In this document: positions 56,316 to 64,000 of the stretch, in pieces | Layout: the number at the start of each line of letters is the position of its first letter | How positions within the stretch are numbered: the stretch's first letter is position 1 | From: Planctomycetota bacterium | GTDB taxonomy: Bacteria > Planctomycetota > MHYJ01 > WSZJ01 | Length of the DNA stretch: 64,000 nt | Direction of reading: 5' to 3' | Assembly (NCBI GenBank): GCA_016190145.1 | Contig: JACPRD010000130.1 | Location: forward strand, 6,528-70,527 | Program-made: the position numbers and the translations under genes | The notes under the pieces: model-generated | Seen by the model: only the letters and a program-made list of their open reading frames with translations | Database searches by the model: none | Told to the model about the DNA's origin: nothing

Positions 56316-56531
56316 GTGAAGTGCGATTTCAAGTCGAAGGGCAAGCCGGTTTCCGGGACGACGCACGTCGTCGAGGCAGGCCGCGGAAACCCGAAGTCCT
56401 CGGAGTGCCGGAAAATGAAGCTGATGCTGGCGGGGACGATGAAGCTGGTCCTCGCGAACGGCCAGGAAGTGACTTTCGAACTCGAGGTGACGACGAGGGC
56501 ATCGTCGAAGATCACGTGGAAGCGGGAGTAG
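56316..56531 (+). CDS. small Lys-rich protein (71 aa from GTG; 38 aa if from the internal ATG)
   Basis: Third-codon positions are almost all G/C in this frame. The overlapping minus-strand ORF 56078..56515 lacks that bias. No recognisable motif. Confidence 0.4.
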   Translation: MKCDFKSKGKPVSGTTHVVEAGRGNPKSSECRKMKLMLAGTMKLVLANGQEVTFELEVTTRASSKITWKRE

Positions 56532-56600
56532 CGGGAGATCGGGCGGTCGGCGCTGAACTCGGATCACCGGCCACTGGTTTTCGGCGTAGAATCGTCGTCC

Positions 56601-59234
56601 ATGTCGCGACGCCTCCTCCTGGTCACATGCGGTCTCGCGATTTTCGCGGTGGCGGTGATCGCATGGCGCCTGCGCGCGGCGAAGTCGCTCCCCGATCATG
56701 GCACCGGCTCGCACAGGGCGACGGCTGCGGATGCCGCGGCGGAGGTTTCCCCCGATGCCGCGGCACAACCCGGCGACATCCCGACTCCGGACCGCGAGCG
56801 CGATCTTCACGGAATCGTCGTCGCGCCCCCTGGGCGGCCCCTCGCGGGAGCACGGGTGCGGGCGCTGGAGTCGCCGCTCCGGCGGGTGTACGCGAAGGAC
56901 TACCGCGAGTGGCCGTCGCGGGAAGTCGCCGCCGGCGTCACGGACGCGGAGGGCGCCTTCCGGCTCCGGCTGCGACCCGGCCAGGTGGTGACGCTGCGCG
57001 CGGAAGCCGACGGATTCGCTTCGAGAGAATTCCCGGGCTGCCTCGCAGGACGGCGCGTCCGGATCGAGATGTCGGCTGGGGCGCGGGTGATCGCGGTCGT
57101 GACTTCCAACGCGGGGAAGCCGGTCGATGGCGCGATCGTGGAGCTGGAGTCCGAAGAAGAAGGCCGGTTTGAGCGGCGATTTCAGCGGAAGCGGACGGAC
57201 GCGGAGGGGAAGGCGGCGTTCGAGGGGGTGCCGTCTTCCGGGGACGCGAGACTCGACGTGTGGCATCACGTCGCGGGCGCCGGATTCAGGAGGGTCGATC
57301 TGAAGGCGGACGGAGACGTGCGGGTGGAGATCGAACTCGAGCCGACGATGACCGTGCGCGGGCGCGTCACGGAAGCGAAGTCGGGGGCGCCGATCGCGGG
57401 CGCGCGCGTGCGGCAGGACCGCTTTCCCCGCGAGTCGACGCTGACCGATGCGGACGGCCGCTATTCGCTCTCCGGCGTCCATCCGCCGCGGAAGCAGGAT
57501 CCGGACTCGGAGGAAACGGTCTGCCTGAGCGGCGAGGGCGGGCTCGTCGCGGAAGCCAGGGGCCTCCGGCCCGAGCACCATTACCCGGACGAGGACGGCA
57601 TCACCGACTTCGCTCTCGAGCCGGCCGCGCGCGTCGAGGGGCGCGTCGTCGATCCGGGCGGGAACCCGGTGGGCGGGGCCTCCGTCGCGGCCGCGCGGGA
57701 CCAGTTGTCCCCGGACGACTACCGGACAACGGGCGCCGACGGCCGCTTCTCGATCGACGGACTCTACGCCGCCACGGTCTACCTCCTCCTCGTGAACGCC
57801 GACGGGTTCGGCCTCGTGGCGCTGGAATTCGACGCGCCCGCCGAGGGGGAATCGCGGGACCTGGGGGACCTCCGCCTCGCGCTCCCGTGCACCCTGGCGG
57901 GACGCGTCGTGAGCGCGACCGGCGAGCCCGTCGCGGACGTTCGGGTCGAACTCGAGGGATCGCCCGACGACCGCTGCCGCCTGCGTCCCGGCGAACCGAG
58001 CGAATCGGAGCCCGAAGAGGGCGCGGTCACCGACAACTCAGGCAGATTCAGCTTCCCCGGCCTCGCTCCCGGCGAATTCACGGTCCGCGCCGACGGCGAC
58101 TGCGACAGCGCCAAGGCGACCATCCGCGTCGCCGAGGGCACCCGCGCGGACATCGAGCTCCGCCTGCCCGCCGTCATCCGCTTCCGCGCCGTCGTCGTGG
58201 ACGAAACCGGCGCCCCGCAGGCGGGCGTGACCGTCGAAGCTGAGTACGGCGGGACCGCGCGCGGTTACGGGGGAAGCGGCCGGCGGGGGCTGACGGACGC
58301 CGCCGGGGGCGTCTCCTTCACGGTCGGCACGAAGCGCCCGAACGTGCGGGTCCACTCGGGCCCGGCGGGGTGGGAGTTCGTGGCGCCGGGAGCGGTGCCG
58401 GTCCCGGTTGACGCGACCGAAGTGCGGATCGTCGTCAAGCCCGGGCTCCGCACGGGGGGCATCGTGGTCGACGAGGCGGGCAAACCTGTGGGCCACGCGC
58501 AGGTCGAAGCCTGGCGCGACGAGGAGTCGGTCGCGAGCGTGTTCTGCAACGAGGCGGGCGAGTTCTCGTTCCTGGCGACCGACGGGCCGCCGGTCGACCT
58601 GTTCCTCACGGGCGAAGTCTACCTGCCGGACGAATACCGGCGCGAAACGCAGCTCCTCCAGGGCGAACTTCGCGGCGCGCGCCCCGGCGACACCCGCCTC
58701 CGGATCCCCGCCGTCCGCCCGCCGCGCGACACGACGCTGGACCTCCGGATCGTCGGCCCGGGCAAAGTCCCCGCGGGCGGCTGCACGGTGCGGCTCCGCG
58801 GCCCGCAGGTCGACGAGGACCGCGAACTCGGCGCCGACGGGTGCGCGCGCTTCACGGAGATGCCGCGCGTCGAACTGCACCTCACGGTTTTCCCGGCCGA
58901 CGACAGCGGGCTCTGCTGGTGGGCCGGCCGCGTGACCCCGGCGGGCCGGGAATTCCTCGTGGAGCTGGCGCGCGAACTGCGCTTCACGGGCAAGGTAGTC
59001 GAGAACGGCGGCCCGCCGTCGGACACCTTCAAAGTCGAGATCCGCTCGGGAGACTGCGTTCTGGACTGGACGCGTACTGAGGATGAAGGGAGTTTCGTGC
59101 TGTCGATCCCGGAGGGATCCGCAGGCCCGTTCACGCTCGTGGCCTGGGACGACAACAGCGACCTCACCGGGCGCGTCGAGAACGTGAAGGCCGGCGACTC
59201 TCCCGTGACGGTGCCTCTCGCGCCGACGGAATAG
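56601..59234 (+). CDS. membrane-anchored protein with multiple CarboxypepD_reg-like repeats
   Basis: 877-aa ORF. N-terminal anchor LLLVTCGLAIFAVAVIAW. Repeats of the same type as the C-terminus of the sigma fusion (e.g. VEGRVVDPGGNPVGGASV...TGADGRFSIDGL). Confidence 0.6.
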   Translation: MSRRLLLVTCGLAIFAVAVIAWRLRAAKSLPDHGTGSHRATAADAAAEVSPDAAAQPGDIPTPDRERDLHGIVVAPPGRPLAGARVRALESPLRRVYAKDYREWPSREVAAGVTDAEGAFRLRLRPGQVVTLRAEADGFASREFPGCLAGRRVRIEMSAGARVIAVVTSNAGKPVDGAIVELESEEEGRFERRFQRKRTDAEGKAAFEGVPSSGDARLDVWHHVAGAGFRRVDLKADGDVRVEIELEPTMTVRGRVTEAKSGAPIAGARVRQDRFPRESTLTDADGRYSLSGVHPPRKQDPDSEETVCLSGEGGLVAEARGLRPEHHYPDEDGITDFALEPAARVEGRVVDPGGNPVGGASVAAARDQLSPDDYRTTGADGRFSIDGLYAATVYLLLVNADGFGLVALEFDAPAEGESRDLGDLRLALPCTLAGRVVSATGEPVADVRVELEGSPDDRCRLRPGEPSESEPEEGAVTDNSGRFSFPGLAPGEFTVRADGDCDSAKATIRVAEGTRADIELRLPAVIRFRAVVVDETGAPQAGVTVEAEYGGTARGYGGSGRRGLTDAAGGVSFTVGTKRPNVRVHSGPAGWEFVAPGAVPVPVDATEVRIVVKPGLRTGGIVVDEAGKPVGHAQVEAWRDEESVASVFCNEAGEFSFLATDGPPVDLFLTGEVYLPDEYRRETQLLQGELRGARPGDTRLRIPAVRPPRDTTLDLRIVGPGKVPAGGCTVRLRGPQVDEDRELGADGCARFTEMPRVELHLTVFPADDSGLCWWAGRVTPAGREFLVELARELRFTGKVVENGGPPSDTFKVEIRSGDCVLDWTRTEDEGSFVLSIPEGSAGPFTLVAWDDNSDLTGRVENVKAGDSPVTVPLAPTE

Positions 59235-59326
59235 GAATCCGTGGCCGGCTGGAATCACTTCTGGATGCTGGAAATCCGGTTAATGTGCTTCAGTAAGTGC
59301 GGCGCGCAGATTCGGAAGGAGGCCAG

Positions 59327-61273
<1,947 letters not shown>

Positions 61274-61337
61274 AGCGGAGCTCCGCACCGGCCCCGCGCG
61301 GGCCGGCCGGCGACGGTTTCGTGCTAGCATCCGGTGC

Positions 61338-64000
61338 ATGCCGGTCGACGCCAGCGAGCGCCGCCACGTCGTCGTCCTCTTTGCGGGCCTTTCGGACTTC
61401 GCCGCTGCCGCGGCGGGACGCTCGCCCGAGGATGCCCGGGACCTCCTGGACGAGCTGTTCGCGCGATTCCGCGCCGAGGTCGAGGCGGAAGGCGGAGCGG
61501 TGGACAAGTTCGTGGACGATACCGTGATGGCGCTGTTCGGGGCGCCGGTGGCGCACGCGGACGACGGCGCGCGGGCCGTGCGGGCGGCATTCCGTCTGCA
61601 GCAGGCGGCGCGCGAAGTCGGCGCGGAACGCGGCGCGACGCTCGCGCTCAGCACGGGAATCAACTCCGGCGAGGTGCTCTGGGGCTCGGTGGGCGGCGAT
61701 CGACCGACCGCGATGGGCGACCCGGTCAACGTCGCGCAACGGCTCAAGGCGGCGTCGGCGCCGGGAACCGTTCTGGTGTCGGCCGCAGTCGCGCGCGACG
61801 CCCCGCGCGCCGCCCGGTTCCGCCCCGTCCCGCCCCTTCACGTCAGGGGCCGCCAGGAGCCCGTCGACGCCTTCGAGGCCGCCGAATTGCCCTCCGCCGT
61901 GACGGAATTCCACGCGATTGGCGGGCGCGAAGCCCGGTTGATCGGGCGCGACGGCGAACTGGCGCGGCTCCTCGCGCGCGCCGTCGAGCCGGGCGGGACT
62001 GTGATGGTGGTGGAGGGGGAAGCGGGGATCGGAAAGAGCCGGCTCGTGACGGAGCTGCGGCGGGCGTTTCGCGGGCGGAATCCTGAGACCTGGGTTGCCG
62101 CGGGGCGGGCGCTCGAAGGCGCGCACATGCCGCTGGGCCCTTTCGGCGACCTGCTCCGGCAGGGCGCGGAGTCGCAGGAAGCCAGGTGCGTCCTGGCGGC
62201 GGCGCGCAGGGTGCTCCAGGCGGCGGGCGCGGCGCCGCGCGATGCCGAGAACATGGCGCACCTCGTCGGATCGTCCGCGGGATTCGCGGAGCCTGGAGCG
62301 CGCGTCGCGCAGCTGGACCCCGCGCGCCGCGCTGCGGAAACCGTCCACGCCTGGCAGCGCTGGATCGAGGGCCGCGCGGCCGGGCGGCCCGCGCTGATCT
62401 GCCTGGAGGACCTCCACTGGGCCGACGACGAAACGTGGCGGCTCCTCGCGGCGCTCAAGCCGCTTCTCGCCGGCCGCCCCGTTGCGCTCGTCGGTACGCG
62501 CCGCCCCGGAGCGGCACTTCCCGCGAACCTCGAAGTCCAGCGGTTGGGCGAGCTGGCCGGCGCCGCGGCAGCGGAGCTGGCGGAGGACGTGCTCGGCGGG
62601 CGCGTTACGGAAGAGCTGGGCGCGTTCCTGGCGGAGCAGACCGGCGGCAACCCGTGCTTCGTGCAGGAGCTGGCCGCGTACCTGCGGGAACAGGGCCTCG
62701 TCGAGGGCGTCCCGATCCGGTTGCGCGTGCGCCCCGACCGGATTCCTTCGGGACTGAACGGACTCCTCGTCGCGCGGCTCGATGCGCTTCAGCCAGAGGA
62801 CAAGGAAGCCGTGAAGGGCGCGAGCGTGGCGGGCCGCGAGTTCTGGGAACGGTTGCTCTCGGCGATGATCGAACGTGAAGCGGGCGGCTCGCTGCGGGCC
62901 GCCGAGGGGCGCGATCTGGTGCGGAGGCAGGCCGAGTCGCTTCTCCCCGGCGACACGCAGTTCTCGTTCCGGCACGCGCTCCTCCGCGACGCCGCCTACT
63001 CGATCGTCACGCGGCGCGAGCGGACGCGACTTCACGGACGCGCGGCCGCCGAGCTGGAGAGGAGCGGCGGGCGGCGGGTGCGGGCGCTCGCGGCAGGGCA
63101 CCACCTGGCCGCGGGTCGCGGCGGGCCGGCCGAGGAACTCTGGCTGTCGGGCGCTGCTGAGGCTCTGGCGGCTTCCGCGCCGGGCGAGGCGCTCGGGTAC
63201 GCGCTGAGCGCGCGGTCGGTGCGCGGCAGCGCCGCCTCCGCGCTCGCCGCGTCGCGCGCGATGGGGCAGCTCGCGCGCTACGAAGAGGCGCTCGCGACCG
63301 CCCGCGAGGCGGCGGCGGCGCCGGACGCGAGTCCCGCGGACCGGCTCGCGGCCTCGCTCGAGGCCGGTTTCGCCCTGCGCGGCCTCAGTCGGTTCGCCGA
63401 AGCGCTGGAAGCCGCCGCGCCGGCGCTCGACCCCGCCGCCCCGGACTCGATCCGCGGCCCGGCGACCGTCCTGAAGACACAACTCCTCACGAGGCTCGCG
63501 CGCTATCCCGAGGCGGCGGAGGCGGCGCGCGAGGCGCGCAGGGTGGCTGCGCGCTGCGGAGAGGAGAAGCACGGGGATCTCGACCTCGCCGACGGCGTGC
63601 TCCACGAAATGGCCGGCCACATCGACGCCGCCGTCGCCTCCTACGAGTCCGCCCTCGCGCAGTTCCGCGCACGCGGCATTCGCTCGGGTGAGGCCTCCGC
63701 CCTCATCAATCTGGGGTCGCTTCACACGCTCCGCGTAAACCCCGCCGCCGCACGGGCCGCCCTCGAGGAGGCCCTCGAGCTCAAGCGGGCGATGGGCGAC
63801 CGCCTGGGCGTCGCCGCCGCGCTCAACAACCTCGGACTCGCGCATGCGCGGCGAAACGATCCGAGGGCGGCGCTCGCCTGTCAGGAGGAAGGACTCTCGC
63901 TTGCGCGCGCGGTGGGCGACCGGCACCTGGCGGCCTACTGCCTCTCGGCGGCGGGGAACGTCCACCTGATGGAAGGGCGGATCGAGAGAGCGCGGGCCTC
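61338..64000 (+). CDS. adenylate/guanylate cyclase domain - AAA ATPase - TPR protein (3' end outside window)
   Basis: Open frame from ATG 61338 to the window edge, so absent from the ORF track. HVVVLFAGLSDF...GGAVDKFVDDTVMALFGAP...GDPVNVAQRL, Walker A GEAGIGKSRL. Paralog of 1968..5567. Confidence 0.75.
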   Translation, partial: MPVDASERRHVVVLFAGLSDFAAAAAGRSPEDARDLLDELFARFRAEVEAEGGAVDKFVDDTVMALFGAPVAHADDGARAVRAAFRLQQAAREVGAERGATLALSTGINSGEVLWGSVGGDRPTAMGDPVNVAQRLKAASAPGTVLVSAAVARDAPRAARFRPVPPLHVRGRQEPVDAFEAAELPSAVTEFHAIGGREARLIGRDGELARLLARAVEPGGTVMVVEGEAGIGKSRLVTELRRAFRGRNPETWVAAGRALEGAHMPLGPFGDLLRQGAESQEARCVLAAARRVLQAAGAAPRDAENMAHLVGSSAGFAEPGARVAQLDPARRAAETVHAWQRWIEGRAAGRPALICLEDLHWADDETWRLLAALKPLLAGRPVALVGTRRPGAALPANLEVQRLGELAGAAAAELAEDVLGGRVTEELGAFLAEQTGGNPCFVQELAAYLREQGLVEGVPIRLRVRPDRIPSGLNGLLVARLDALQPEDKEAVKGASVAGREFWERLLSAMIEREAGGSLRAAEGRDLVRRQAESLLPGDTQFSFRHALLRDAAYSIVTRRERTRLHGRAAAELERSGGRRVRALAAGHHLAAGRGGPAEELWLSGAAEALAASAPGEALGYALSARSVRGSAASALAASRAMGQLARYEEALATAREAAAAPDASPADRLAASLEAGFALRGLSRFAEALEAAAPALDPAAPDSIRGPATVLKTQLLTRLARYPEAAEAAREARRVAARCGEEKHGDLDLADGVLHEMAGHIDAAVASYESALAQFRARGIRSGEASALINLGSLHTLRVNPAAARAALEEALELKRAMGDRLGVAAALNNLGLAHARRNDPRAALACQEEGLSLARAVGDRHLAAYCLSAAGNVHLMEGRIERARA

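Noticed and set aside
56078-56515. 145-aa minus-strand ORF overlapping the small + strand ORF
   Set aside because: The + frame has almost uniformly G/C third positions, whereas the minus-strand ORF does not. The minus-strand ORF also overlaps the 3' end of the radical SAM gene.

Overview
Very GC-rich bacterial chromosomal window with about 46 protein genes; GC content and taxonomy were not computed. Gene content is loosely Planctomycetota/PVC-like: DUF1570, FG-GAP with CxxCH, GspK, ECF sigma factor and Ser/Thr kinase. The backbone is ordinary housekeeping (rimO, ftsK, coaC-coaB, rpoZ, gmk, yicC, secG, tpiA, aldehyde dehydrogenase, an ABC exporter, glycosyltransferases, a molybdoenzyme operon).

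The outstanding region is 13.47-21.2 kb. By manual cloverleaf folding, 32 tRNA genes sit head-to-tail on the + strand in 3.66 kb (13470-17125). They cover 19 amino acids plus an initiator-like tRNA. No tRNA-His was found and none encodes CCA. Nine roughly 100-nt GC-rich extended hairpin elements are interleaved with them and dock directly onto tRNA ends. The array converges on a translationally coupled hen1-pnkp RNA-repair operon (17249-21204, minus strand).

Many array tRNAs are non-canonical:
- Three carry Leu anticodons but have short (class I) variable arms.
- Six have C33 instead of the near-universal U33.
- Five have aberrant T-loops, four of them with G55.

I interpret this as a candidate tRNA supply-plus-repair island with a previously undescribed family of structured spacers. 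That interpretation is inference.

Secondary oddities:
- Inverted arrays of CACTGGC-type heptamers bracket an ABC transporter operon.
- A membrane-tethered ECF sigma fusion sits next to a B12-type radical SAM gene with CX4CX2C spacing and a small Lys-rich ORF.
- A molybdoenzyme has no visible Tat signal and is paired with a FeS-NrfD fusion.
- Paralogous adenylate cyclase-AAA-TPR genes lie at both window ends.

All calls come from reading the sequence and the ORF track. No database searches were run.
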